From NCBI GenBank assembly GCA_024679065.1, contig JAGIQG010000016.1, positions 3,286,001-3,347,295 of the forward strand: a stretch of 61,295 bases of DNA, written 5' to 3'. The translations under genes and the position numbers were made by a program. Below the pieces are notes generated by a model. The model was given only the letters and a program-made list of their open reading frames with translations. It did no database searches and was not told the origin of the DNA. The stretch's first letter is position 1. Each line of letters starts with the position of its first letter. Positions 38,002 through 50,913 of the stretch are shown piece by piece. Source of the stretch: Sphyrna mokarran. Lineage: Eukaryota.

Positions 38002-39284
38002 TTAAATTTACTCACTGTCCCAGCATCCACCGCACTTTGGGGTAGCAAATTCCTCAGGTTCACAACCCTTTGGGAAAAATAGTTTCTCTTCAACTTAAAT
38101 TTGCTACCCCTGATCCTAAGACTATGGTCTCTCATCCCAAGAGGAAGCATCCGCTCCACATCTACTTTACCCATAGATATCACACTGCGGACTTGTGTCT
38201 TTGTTGATGGCGTACAGGCTTTGGCGGGGGGGAGTAGTCAGAGTCAGGAGGTGAGTTGCCGATTCCCGTCTCGGGTCACTGTCTGTCTGGAGTCTGCACA
38301 TTCTCCCCGTGGATTAGCAGCCTCTGACATGTTCTTGTGTTTATAAGGCTGGGTTCGGTTGAGTTTCTGGTCAATGGTGACCCCCAGGATGTTGATACTT
38401 GTGATGGTGGGGTGGGGGTGGTGGGGCGACGGTGCAGGAGAGGGGGCTAGGGATGGTATTCAGTGTTTCTGGTCAATGATGAGCCCAAGAATGTTGACTG
38501 CGGGGGGATTCAGTGGTGGTTGATGCCATTGACTATCAAGAGAGAGATGGTTAGAGTCCCTAATTTGTTGGATAATGGTCATTGCTTAGTGCTAGTATAG
38601 CGTGAATGTGACTTCCGATCAGGCTTGGACACTGGCCCCTCTCCTGAGCTAAGTAAAGCACCCTGATTCCAGATCAGCTCAATACCCGAATGAAAACATG
38701 GAGGGAACTTTGCCCGCGGGACTGATAAACTGGGCCCAGCATGATATTATTGGATCAGAATCAAATATCTTCCCCTTTGCCCAAACAAATGAGTAACAGG
38801 GTCTTTCCAGGTAGACCTAAGGGGGATTTTAAAAATTATTTCCAAACACTTTTGACCTTTACAGCAAAAAGTTCAATGGAGGTGGGGAGGGGAGTATGGA
38901 ACTGACATGGGGTGACCCAGGATGGGTGCACTCCTGCGTGGGAGTGCTCAGAAATTTACTCCCAGGTCTGGCTTAGGCCGAAGTTTGACCTTGCCAATTG
39001 CTGCTGGAGATTTGACACTTGAACACAGAAATGAGGGGCTTTCCTGATTATGCTAGGGACAGATACCAAAATTGGATTGAATTTAAAATTATAGATCTGC
39101 CACTTCAGCAGAACAAAAAAAAATTAACACAGAAACCCAGTCAAGCCGATTGGTACAGTTTCAGACGGAAGGCACTCCGAGATCAGGCAGGGGAAGCAGA
39201 TTCAATTGGAGCTGTTGAAAGGGGAATTAGAGAAATACTGGAAGGGGATATGGGAATGAGAGGGGGAAAACCAGGGAGACAAAT

Positions 39285-42200
39285 TGAGGGAGTGCCGCAC
39301 AGTCAGAGGGTCAGTGCTGAGGGAGTGCCGCACTGTCAGAGGGTCAGTACTGAGGGAGTGCCGCACTGTCAGATGGTCAGTGCTAAGGGAGTGCCGCACT
39401 GTCAGAGAGTCAATACTGAGGGAGCGCCGCATTGTCAGAGGGTCAGTGCCGAGGGAGTGCTGCACTGTCAGAGGGTCAGTACTGAGGGAGGGCCGCACAG
39501 TCAGAGGATCAGTGCCGAGGGAGTGCCGCACTGTCACAGGGTCAGTGCTGAGGGAGTGCCGCACTGTCAGAGGGTCAGTGCTGAGGGAGTGCCGCACTGT
39601 CACAGGGTCAGTACTGAGGGAGTGCCGCACTGTCAGAGGGTCAGTGCTGAGGGAGTGCCGCACTGTCAGAGGGTCAGTGCTGAGGGAGTGCCGCACTGTC
39701 AGAGGGTCAGTGCTGAGGGAGTGCCGCACTGTCAGAGGGTCAGTACTGAGGGAGTGCCGCACTGTCAGAGGGTCAGTGCTGAGGGAGTGCCGCACTGTCA
39801 GAGGGTCAGTGCTGAGGGAGTGCCGCACTGTCAGAGGGTCAGTGCTGAGGGAGTGCCGCACTGTCAGAGGGTCAGTGCTGAGGGAGTGCCGCACTGCCAG
39901 AGAATCAGTACTGAGGGAGTGCCACACTGTCAGAGGGTCAGTGCTGAGGGAGTGCCGTACTGTCAGAGGGCAGTGCTGAGGGAGCGCCACTGTCAGAGGG
40001 TCAGTGCTGAGGGAGTGCCGCACTGTCAGAGGGTCAGTGCTGAGGGAGTGCCGCACTGTCAGAGGGTCAGTGCTGAGGGAGTGCCGCACTGTCAGAGGGT
40101 CAGTGCTGAGGGAGTGCCGCACTGTCAGAGGGTCAGTGCTGAGGGAGTGCCGCACTGTCAGAGGGTCAGTGCTGAGGGAGTGCCGCACTGTCAGAGGGTC
40201 AGTGCTGAGGGAGTGCCGCACTGTCAGAGGGTCAGTGCTGAGGGAGTGCCGCACTGTCAGAGGGTCAGTGCTGAGGGAGTGCCGCACTGTCAGAGGGTCA
40301 GTGCTGAGGGAGTGCCGCACTGTCAGAGGGTCAGTGCTGAGGGAGTGCCGCACTGTCAGAGGGTCAGTGCTGAGGGAGTGCCCGCACTGTCAGAGGGTCA
40401 GTGCTGAGGGAGTGCCGCACTGTCAGAGGGTCAGTGCTGAGGGAGTGCCGCACTGTCAGAGGGTCAGTGCTGAGGGAGTGCGCACTGTCAGAGGGTCAGT
40501 GCTGAGGGAGTGCCGCACTGTCAGAGGGTCAGTGCTGAGGAGTGCCGCACTGTCAGAGGGTCAGTGCTGAGGGAGTGCCGCACTGTCAGAGGGTCAGTGC
40601 TGAGGGAGTGCCGCACTGTCAGAGGGTCAGTGCTGAGGGAGTGCCGCACTGTCAGAGGGTCAGTGCTGAGGGAGTGCCGCACTGTCAGAGGGTCAGTGCT
40701 GAGGGAGTGCCGCACTGTCAGAGGGTCAGTACTGAGGGAGTGCCGCACTGTCAGAGGGTCAGTGCTGAGGGAGTGCCGCACTGTCAGAGGGTCAGTGCTG
40801 AGGGAGTGCCGCACTGTCAGATGGTCAGTGCTAAGGGAGTGCCGCACTGTCAGAGAGTCAGTACTGAGGGAGTGCCGCAGTGTCAGAGGGTCATTATGAG
40901 GGAGTGGCGCACTGTCAGAGTGTCGGTGCTGTGGGAGTGCCGCACTGTCAGAGGGTCAGTACTGAGGGAGCGCCGCACTGTCAGAGGTTCAGTGCTGAGG
41001 GAGTGCCGCACTGTCAGATGGTCAGTGCTGAGGGAGCGCTGCACTGTCAGAGGGTCAGTGCTGAGAGAGTGCCGCACTGTCAGAGGGTCAGTACTGAGGG
41101 AGTGCTGCACTGTCAGAGGGTCAGTGCTGAGGGAGTGCCGTACTGTCAGAGGGTCAGTGCTGAGGGAGTGCCGCACTGTCAGAGGGTCAGTGCTGAGGGA
41201 GTGCCGCAGTGTCAGAGGGTCAGTGCTGAGGGAGTGCCGCACTGCCAGAGATTCAGTACTGAGGGAGTGCCGCACTGTCAGAGGGTCAGTGCTGAGGGAG
41301 TGCCGCACTGTCAGAGGGTCAGTGCTGAGGGAGTGCCGCACTGTCAGAGGGTCAGTGCTGAGGGAGTGCCGCACTGTCAGAGGGTCAGTGCTGAGGGAGT
41401 GCCGCACTGTCAGAGGGTCAGTGCTGAGGGAGTGCCGCACTGTCAGAGGGTCAGTGCTGAGGGAGTGCCGCACTGTCAGAGGGTCAGTGCTGAGGGAGCG
41501 CCGCACTGTCAGAGGGTCAGTGCTGAGGGAGTGCCGCACTGTCAGAGGGTCAGTGCTGAGGGAGTGCCGCACTGTCAGAGGGTCAGTGCTGAGGGAGTGC
41601 CGCACTGTCAGAGGGTCAGTGCTGAGGGAGTGCCGCACTGTCAGAGGGTCAGTGCTGAGGGAGTGCCGCACTGTCAGAGGGTCAGTGCTGAGGGAGTGCC
41701 GCACTGTCAGAGGGTCAGTGCTGAGGGAGGCCGCACTGTCAGAGGGTCAGTGCTGAGGGAGTGCCGCACTGTCAGAGGGTCAGTGCTGAGGGAGTGCCGC
41801 ACTGTCAGAGGGTCAGTGCTGAGGGAGTGCCGCACTGTCAGAGGGTCAGTGCTGAGGGAGTGCCGCACTGTCAGAGGGTCAGTGCTGAGGGAGTGCCGCA
41901 CTGTCAGAGGGTCAGTATGAGGGAGTGCCGCACTGTCAGAGGGTCAGGTGAGGGAGTGCCGCACTGTCAGAGGGTCAGTGCTGAGAGTGCCGCACTGTCA
42001 GAGGGTCAGTGCTGAGGGAGTGCCGCACTGTCAGAGGGTCAGTGCTGAGGGAGTGCCGCACTGTCAGAGGGTCAGTGCTGAGGGAGTGCCGCACTGTCAG
42101 AGGGTCAGTGCTGAGGGAGTGCCGCACTGTCAGAGGGTCAGTGCTGAGGGAGCGCCGCACTGTCAGAGGGTCAGTGCTGAGGGAGCGCCGCACTGTCAGA

Positions 42201-45200
42201 GGGTCAGTGCTGAGGAAGCACCGCACTGTCAGAGGGTCAGTGCTGAGGGAGTGTCGCACTGTCAGAGGGTCAGTGCTTGAGGGAGTGTCGCACTGTCAGA
42301 GGGTCAGTGCTGAGGGAGTGCCGCACTGTCAGAGGGTCAGTGCTGAGGGGAGCGCCACTGTCAGAGGGTCAGTGCTGAGGGAGTGCCGCACGTCAGAGGG
42401 TCAGTTACTGAGGGAGTGCCGCACTGTCAGAGGGTCATTCTGAGGGAGTGCCGCACTGTCAGAGCGGTGGTGTGCTATGGGAGCGCTGCACTGTCAGAGG
42501 GTCAGTACTGAGGAGTGCCGCACTGTCAGAGGGTCAGTGCTAAGGGAGTGCTGCACAGTCAGAGGGTCAACACTGAAGGAGTGCCGCACTGTCAGAGGGT
42601 CAGTACTGAGGGAGCGCCGCACTGTCAGAGGGTCAGTACTGAGGGAGTGCTGCACTGTCAGAGGGTCACTACTGAGGGAGTGCCGCACTGTCAGAGGGTC
42701 AGTACTGAGAGAGTGCTGCACTGTCAGAGGGTCAGTACTGAGGGAGTGCCGCACTGTCAGAGGGTCAGTACTGAGGGATTCCGCACTGTCAGAGGGCAGT
42801 GCTGAGGGAGTGCCGCACTGTCAGAGGGTCAGTGCTGAGGGAGTGCCGCACTGTCAGAGAATCAGTACTGAGGGAGTGCCACACTGTCAGAGGGTCAGTG
42901 CTGAGGGAGCTCCCGCACTGTCAGAGGGTCAGTGCGAGGGAGTGCCACATGTCAGGAGGGTCAGTTCAGTGCTGAGGGAGGCCGCACTGTCAGAGGGTCA
43001 GTGCTGAGGGGAGTGCCGCACTGTCAGAGGAGTCAGTGCTGAGGGAGTGCCGCACTGTCAGAGGGTCAGTGCTGAGGGAGTGCCGCACTGTCAGAGAGGT
43101 CAGTGCGGAGGGAGTGCCGCACTGTCAGAGGGTCAGTGCTGAGGGAGTGCCGCACTGTCAGAGGGTCAGTGCTGAGGGAGTGCCGCACTGTCAGAGGGTC
43201 AGTGCTGAGGGAGTGCCGCACTGTCAGAGGGTCAGTGCTGAGGGAGTGCCGCACTGTCAGAGGGTCAGTGCTGAGGGAGCGCCGCACTGTCAGAGGGTCA
43301 GTGCTGAGGGAGCGCCGCACTGTCAGAGGGTCAGTGCTGAGGGAGCGCCGCACTGTCAGAGGGTCAGTGCTGAGGGAGTGCCGCACTGTCAGAGGGTTCA
43401 GTGCTGAGGGAGTGCCGCACTGTCAGAGGGTCAGTGCTGAGGGAGTGCTGCACTGACAGAGGGTCAGTGCTGAGGGAGTGCTGCACTGTCAGAGTGTCAG
43501 TGCTGAGGGAGTGCTGCANNNNNNNNNNNNNNNNNNNNNNNNNNNNNNNNNNNNNNNNNNNNNNNNNNNNNNNNNNNNNNNNNNNNNNNNNNNNNNNNNN
43601 NNNNNNNNNNNNNNNNNNCATTATGAGGGAGTGGCGCACTGTCAGAGTGTCGGTGCTGTGGGAGTGCCGCACTGTCAGAGGGTCAGTACTGAGGGAGCGC
43701 CGCACTGTCAGAGGTTCAGTGCTGAGGGAGTGCCGCACTGTCAGATGGTCAGTGCTGAGGGAGCGTTGCACTGTTAGAGGGTCAGTACTGAGAGAGTGCC
43801 GCACTGTCAGAGGGTCAGTACTGAGGGAGTGCTGCACTGTCAGAGGGTCAGTGCTGAGGGAATGCCGTACTGTCAGAGGGTCAGTGCTGAGGGAATGCCG
43901 TACTGTCAGAGGGTCAGTGCTGAGGGAGTGCCGCAGTGACAGAGGGTCAGTGCTGAGGGAGTGCCGCACTGCCAGAGATTCAGTACTGAGGGAGTGCCGC
44001 ACTGTCAGAGGGTCAGTGCTGAGGGAGTGCCGCACTGTCAGAGGGTCGGTGCTGAGGGAGTGCCGCACTGTCAGAGGGTCAGTGCTGAGGGAGTGCCACA
44101 CTGTCAGAGGGTCAGTGCTGAGGGGGAGGCCGCACTGTCAGAGGGTCAGTGCTGAGGGAGTGCCGCACTGTCAGAGGGTCAGTGCTGAGGGAGTGCCGCA
44201 CTGTCAGAGGGTCAGTGCTGAGGGAGTGCCGCACTGTCAGAGGGTCAGTGCTGGGGGTGCCGCACTGTCAGAGGGTCAGTGCTGAGGGAGTGCCGCACTG
44301 TCAGAGGGTCAGTGCTGAGGGAGTGCCGCACTGTCAGAGGGTCAGTGCTGAGGGAGTGCCGCACTGTCAGAGGGTCAGTGCTGAGGGAATGCCGCACTGT
44401 CAGAGGGTCAGTGCTGAGGGAGTGCCGCACTGTCAGAGGGTCAGTGCTGAGGAGCGCCGCACTGTCAAGAGGGTCAGTGCTGAGGGAGTGCAGCACTGTC
44501 AGAGGGTCAGTACTGAGGGAGTGCAGCACTGTCAGAGGGTCAGTACTGAGGGAGTGCCGCACTGTCAGAGGGTCAGTGCTGAGGGAGTGCTGCACTGTCA
44601 GAGGGTCAGTGCTGAGGGAGTGCCGCACTGTCAGAGGGTCAGTGCTGAGGGAGTGCCGCACTGTCAGAGGGTCAGTGCTGAGGGAGTGCCGCACTGTCAG
44701 AGGGTCAGTGCTGAGGGAGTGCCGCACTGTCAGAGGGTCAGTGCTGAGGGAGTGCCGCACTGTCAGAGGGTCAGTGCTGAGGGAGTGCCGCACTGTCAGA
44801 GGGTCAGTGCTGAGGGAGTGCCGCACTGTCAGAGGGTCAGTGCTGAGGGAGTGCCGCACTGTCAGAGGGTCAGTGCTGAGGGAGTGCCGCACTGTCAGAG
44901 GGTCAGTGCTGAGGGAGTGCCGCACTGTCAGAGGGTCAGTGCTGAGGGAGTGCCGCACTGTCAGAGGTCAGTGCTGAGGGAGTGCCGCACTGTCAGAGGG
45001 TCAGTGCTGAGGGAGTGCCGCACTGTCAGAGGGTCAGTACTGAGGGAGTGCGCACTGTCAGAGGGTCAGTGCTGAGGGAGTGCCGCACTGTCAGAGGGTC
45101 AGTGCTGAGGGAGTGCCGCACTGTCAGGGGTCAGTACTGAGGGAGTGCCGCACTGTCAGAGGGTCAGTGTGAGGGGGCGCACTGTCAGAGGGTCAGTGCT

Positions 45201-46890
45201 GAGGGAGCGCCGCACTGTCAGAGGGTCAGTGCTGAGGGAGTGCCGCACTGTCAGAGGGTCAGTGCTGAGGGAGTGCCGCACTGTCAGAGGGTCAGTGCTG
45301 AGGGAGTGCCGCACTGTCAGAGGGTCAGTGCTGAGGGAGTGCCGCACTGTCAGAGGGTCAGTGCTGAGGGAGTGCCGCACTGTCAGAGGGTCAGTGCTGA
45401 GGGAGTGCCGCACTGTCAGAGGGTCAGTGCTGAGGGAGTGCCGCACTGTCAGAGGGTCAGTGCTGAGGGAGTGCTGCACTGTCAGAGGGTCAGTGCTGAG
45501 GGAGTGCCGCACTGTCAGAGGGTCAGTACTGAGGGAGTGCCGCACTGTCAGAGGGTCAGTGCTGAGGGAGTGCCGCACTGTCAGAGGGTCAGGCTGAGGG
45601 AGTGCTGCACTGTCAGAGGGTCAGTGCTGAGGGAGTGCCGCACTGTCAGAGGGTCAGTACTGAGGGAGTGCCGCACTGTCAGAGGGTCAGTGCTGAGGGA
45701 GTGCCGCACTGTCAGAGGGTCAGTGCTGAGGGAGTGCCGCACTGTCAGAGGGTCAGTGCTGAGGGAGTGCCGCACTGTCAGAGGGTCAGTACTGAGGGAG
45801 TGCCGCACTGTCAGAGGGTCAGTGCTGAGGGAGTGCCGCACTGTCAGAGGGTCAGTACTGAGGGAGTGCTGCACTGTCAGAGGGTCAGTGCTGAGGGAGT
45901 GCCGCACTGTCAGAGGGTCAGTGCTGAGGGAGTGCGCACTGTCAGAGGGTCAGTACTGAGGGAGTGCCGCATGTCAGAGGGTCAGTGCTGAGGGAGTGCC
46001 GCACTGTCAGAGGGTCAGTGCTGAGGGAGTGCCGCACTGTCAGAGGTCAGTGCTGAGGGAGTGCCGCACTGTCAGAGGGTCAGTGCTGAGGGAGTGCCGC
46101 ACTGTCAGAGGTCAGTATGAGGGAGTGCCGCACTGTCAGAGGGTCAGTGTGAGGGAGAGTGCCGCACTGTCAGAGGTCAGTGCTGAGGGAGTGCCGCACT
46201 GTCAGAGGGTCAGTACTGAGGGAGTGCCGCACTGTCAGAGGGTCAGTGCTGAGGGAGTGCCGCAGCATCAGAGGGTCAGTGCTGAGGGAGTGCCGCACTG
46301 CCAGAGGGTCAGTACTGAGGGAGTGCCGCACTGTCAGAGGGTCAGTGCTGAGGGAGTGCCGCACTGTCAGAGGGTCAGTGCTGAAGGAGTGTCGCACTGT
46401 CAGAGGGTCAGTACTGTGGGAGTGCCGCACTGTCAGAGTGTCAGTGCTGAGGGAGTGCCGCACTCTCACAGAGTCAGTACTGAGTTCCGCAATGTTAGAG
46501 GGTCAGTGCTGAGGGAGTGTCGCACTGTCAGAGGGTCAGTGCTGAGGGAGTGCCGCACTGTCAGAGGGTCAGTGCTGAGGGAGTGCCGCACTGTCAGAGG
46601 GTCAGTGCTGAGGGAGTGCGCACTGTCAGAGGGTCAGTGCTGAGGGAGTGCCGCACTGTCAGAGGGTCAGTGCTGAGGGAGTGCCGCACTGTCAGAGGGT
46701 CAGTGCTGAGGGAGTGCCGCACTGTCAGAGGGTCAGTGCTGAGGGAGTGCCGCACTGTCAGAGGGTCAGTGCTGAGGGAGTGCCGCACTGTCAGAGGGTC
46801 AGTGCTGAGGGAGTGCCGCACTGTCAGAGGGTCAGTGCTGAGGGAGTGCAGCACTGTCAGAGGGTCAGTGCTGAGGGAGTGCCGCCGTGT
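39285..46890 (+). repeat. 33-bp minisatellite array (gagggtcagtgctgagggagtgccgcactgtca), ~230 units including a 100-N gap at 43519-43618
   Basis: Direct tandem periodicity; the 33-nt unit explains the 11-aa repeat ORFs. Confidence 0.97.
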
Positions 46891-47465
46891 CAGCGGTGTT
46901 GTCTTTCAGAATGAGAGCAGATGGGATGGAGGGGATGCAATGGAGTTCTCTGTGATATCCTGGGATGACATTTATCCCTCAACCATTATCGTTGAACAAA
47001 AATAGATAGTCTGTATCATCACCGTTAATTCATTGAATCCCTTCAGTGCAGAAGAAGTCCATTTGGCCCATCGAGTCTGCCCCAACTATAATCCAATCTG
47101 TGTCCTATATCCATAACCCCATGTATTTACCTTGCTAATCCCCTGACACTAAGGGGAATTTATCATAGCCAATCCATGTAACTTGACCCAGAAGAAACAC
47201 ATGTAGACATGGGGAGAATGTGCAGATTCCGGACAGACAGTGACCCGAGACGGGAATCGATCCCGAGTCCCTGGCGCTGTGAGGCAGCAGTGCTAACCAC
47301 TGCGCCACTGTGCTTTTGTGGGCTCTTGCTGTGCATAAATCGCTTGCTGAACTTCCCACATTCGAGATGTGACCTCACCTGACATCAAGTTGGCCATTGT
47401 CTGTCTGTGGCTTTGGGACGTTCTGAGGGCTGGGGGATTGGTGGATGGCTGGAGAAATGTTCTTT
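46870..47465 (+). mobile_element. DeuSINE (SacSINE/AmnSINE-like) body, interrupted by a V-SINE (47035-47312 minus)
   Basis: ggtgttgtctttcagaatgaga..atttatccctcaacca..ttgtgggctcttgctgtgcataaatc..gctttgggacgttctgag resembles the Deu-domain SINE body as I recall it. Confidence 0.6.
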
Positions 47466-47776
47466 AGATGTGCTGTGTGACCGTGACTCATGTCACTTTC
47501 AGTTCTGGTTTGCAGCCACAGTCGGGAGGGAGCAGTGGGGCACAGAGGAGAGGGGAAGGAGGGTGGAGCAGGGGGGAGGGGAGAGCCCAGTTTTCAAACA
47601 GACTTCCCTGTTTCCCTTTGCTGACCATGTGACCAGCAGGAGCATCATCATGGCGACTTCACCTCCGCAGACCTGATTTCACTTACCTCTTGATAGGTTC
47701 CATACAGGTCACTCCATCCCTGATGAACCAAATTTAACATTTCCTCATCGAAACAAAACAATCTGGCCCCCAGAAT

Positions 47777-48214
47777 GTCCTGGGAGTGTTTGATGTGGGA
47801 CAGTGTAGAGGGAGTTTTACTCTGTATCTAACCCCGTGCTGTACCTGTCCTGGGAGTGTGTGATGGGGGGACAGTGTAGAGGGAGCTTTACTCTGTATCT
47901 AACCCCGTGCTGTACCTGTCCTGGGAGTGTTGATGGGGGACAGTGTAGAGGGAGTTTACTCTGTATCTAACCCCGTGCTGTACCTGTCCTGGGAGTGTTT
48001 GATGGGGGACAGTGTAGAGGGAGCTTTACTCTGTATCTAACCCCGTGCTGTACCTGTCCTGGGAGTGTTTGATGGGGACAGTGTAGAGGGAGCTTTACTC
48101 TGTATCTAACCCTGTGCTGTACCTGTCCTGGGAGTGTTTGATGGGGAAGTGTAGAGGGAGTTTTACTCTGTATCTAACCCCGTGCTGTACCTGTCCTGGG
48201 AGTGTTTGATAGGG
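47777..48214. repeat. ~70-bp minisatellite (gtgtagagggagctttactctgtatctaaccccgtgctgtacctgtcctgggagtgtttgatggggaca)
   Basis: About 6 tandem units. Confidence 0.92.
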
Positions 48215-48272
48215 AGAATGCTGACTTTCCTTCCCCAATATCTTGTTTGCTGATGTGAAGTCATGTTTTTTG

Positions 48273-48278
48273 TTTATT
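48273..48278 (-). terminator. Candidate distal polyadenylation signal AATAAA for gene A
   Basis: AATAAA at the end of a unique segment that begins at a plausible acceptor (ctatcacag|, 48538-48540). Confidence 0.3.
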
Positions 48279-48669
48279 GAACATTCTTGCCTCCTGGAAT
48301 TCAGGATGGAAGATTCTGAGCAGCGAATGGCAGTGGCATTTGCTTGGATTTTTGGAATTTTAGTGAGTAATAATTTTGAGAGGCTGAGGTTATGGTTTCT
48401 CTGCATTCTGACTCTCTGCAACATGTAAACAACAACATATCGCATTGACGTAGCACTATTAATGTCTTTGATTTGTACCAGACTGTTTCACTGGAACTCA
48501 GTATGACTGCAATCCTGATAGAGTGGCAGCAGGCATCCTGTGATAGAGGGAGTGCGGCCGTGAGAGAGGGAGCGCGGGAGGATGAAGGGGAGGGAAGAAG
48601 AGGAGGGGGAGGGACAGAGAGGGGAGAAAAAAGCGGAGCAAGGGAGAAAGCTAGAAAGAGAAATCAAGA

Positions 48670-49350
48670 GGTTTCGGGAGGAAATTCCAGAGCTTAGGGA
48701 CGCCCCCGCCAGGCAGTTGAAGGTTCAGCCGCCCAGGCGGAGCGATGGGAATTAGGGAATGCTCAAGAGGCCGGAATTGGAGGAGCACAGAGATCGTGGA
48801 GGGTTGTAGGGTCTGGAGGAGGTTACAGAAATAGGGAGGTGTGTAAGGTGCTGGAGAAGGTTACAGAGATAGGGAGGGGTATATGGGCTGGAGGAGGTTA
48901 CAGAGATAGGGAGGGGTGTAGGGTCTGGAGGAGGTTACAGAGATAGGGAGGGGTATATGGGCTGGAGGAGGTTACAGAGATAGGGAGGGGTATATGGGCT
49001 GGAGGAGGTTACAGAGATAGGGAGGGGTGTAGGGTCTGGAGGAGGTTACAGAGATAGGGAGGGGTGTAGGGTCTGGAGGAGGTTACGGAGATAGGGAGGG
49101 GTATATGGGCTGGAAGAGGTTACAGAGATAGGGAGAGAGTGTAGAGGGTTGGAGGAGGTTATAGAGATAGAGAGGGGTGTAGGGTCTGGAGGAGGTTACG
49201 GGGTAGGGAGGACTGTAGGAGGTTACAGAGATAGGGAGAGATATCGGGGGTGCAGGAGGTTACAGAGATAGGGAGGGATGTCAGTGGTGTAGACGGTTAC
49301 AGAGATAGGGAGAGATGTAGACTCTGGAGGATGTTACAGATGATGGGAGA
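48670..49350 (-). repeat. L2-like fragment with ~37-bp minisatellite
   Basis: gggtctggaggaggttacagagatagggaggggtgta tandem units. Confidence 0.85.
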
Positions 49351-49498
49351 AGCGGGGGAGATGCACAGATTTGGACATGCTGATGTTTTGGAGGGTGGAC
49401 GTGTGAAGCGGGTTGACTCTGCACTGGTGAGCCGGAATGCAGCATTGATGTCATGTCAGTGAGATGTGAAATAAACAGCCAATGCTTCCCCATCATGG

Positions 49499-49504
49499 TT
49501 TAAT
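49499..49504 (-). terminator. Candidate polyadenylation signal ATTAAA for gene A
   Basis: ATTAAA on the minus strand at the end of a mostly unique stretch downstream of the stop codon, followed by U/GU-rich sequence. Confidence 0.35.
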
Positions 49505-50664
49505 ATATCTCAAAACAGTATATCTCACATTTTCAATGAGGCAGAGTAGGGCAGGAGAAGACCTTGAACAATCCTGTCCTCGCCCGCAGTTTCACAATAG
49601 TTTTGTCCATTCCCTCGCGTTTCTGTCAGGTTTTGGTGAGGCCTCGAATAGGAGCTGCATTTCTGCTAGGCCTGGACCAAGCACCAACTGTTTGGGGTGG
49701 AGGGTGTTTGGCAGGTGTGCACAACAGGCAGGGGTGGTCTGATTCTGCTGTGGAGGGAATGCCAGAACTGGTAATTGTCTCCTCCCAATATTCCATTTGG
49801 GAGATTAGCACCATTCAACGTTTGGGGCCTAGGCCACAGGCTGCTGTAATCCACTCTCTCACTCGGGCCTGCTCCCTCAATACTGCTTCTCCAACCGAAC
49901 CTCAATCTCCTGAACATCCTCCCATTCCCCAGTCAGCCCGGCAACCGGGTTCAACATTACTCCTCAGCAGCAGCAACAACCCACATTCACGTAGCCGCCG
50001 CTTCTCTGCCAGAGTCAAATTCTCCTGATTCGATTTCAAATTCATTCTGACTTGTAACTGTTGATCCAAATTCGAATCAATAGCATCGCACGCGCTCCCA
50101 CACTCGGAATGACGTCACCATTTCCAGCCCTAGGCAAGACAGAAAGCGGCCGCGTTCCCGACACCGCAGTCGGAGTAAATCCAGGATTCATCACAGTCCA
50201 AGGATCGCTTAATACAAGAGGAATTTCATCAACTACCACCCCACTAACACACTCACACACATTCACACACACTCCCTCCCCTGCATGCATGCCTGCCCCC
50301 TTCCACACGTGCGTCCGCCCTCTTCTCCGCCCCCTCCCTCGCACTCTCTCAATCCTTCAGTGCAGCACAGTGGCACAGTGGTTAGCACTATTGCCTCACA
50401 TCTCCAAGACCCAGGTTCAATTCCCAGCTTGGGGCACTGTGTCCCCGTTCTCCCCTTGTCTGCGTACATTTCCTCTGGGTACTCCAATTTCCTCCCACAG
50501 AAAGCCATGCTGGTTAGGTGCATTGAGGCAGAATTTAGCACAGCCAGTGTACCCAAACATGCGCTGGAGTAAGGCAACTCGGGGATTTTCACAGTAACTT
50601 CATTGTAGTGTTAATGTAAGTCTACTTGTGACACTAATAAAACTCACACACACACTCACTCCCT

Positions 50665-50695
<31 letters not shown>

Positions 50696-50913
50696 TATGC
50701 AGATCTCCTCGTGTGTGGTGAGCTCCCCACACTCAGGTGTGAACCCGAGATTGCTCTTGTCAGGGAAATTATTCGACCATGATGTGCACGCACAAGGGTG
50801 TTTCAGCAATGGGTAGGGGGGAGAGGAGACAGGAGGTGTGTGGGGAGATGTGCCAGTCTGTGACCACGCACTGCCCGCAGCGCAGGCTCATTCGCAGCTG
50901 AGGAGGGAGTGAG

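Noticed and set aside
39285-46890. CRISPR-like or RSS-like array
   Set aside because: Head-to-tail units with no unique spacers, eukaryotic context and no cas genes. CACTGTC resembles an RSS heptamer but has no nonamer at 12/23 spacing.
39019-47005. Long ORFs with (EGVPHCQRVSA)n, (LRECRTVRGSV)n and (RHSLSTDPLTV)n repeats
   Set aside because: Products of a 33-bp stop-free unit open in several frames on both strands, with frequent 1-nt indels; no coding signal.
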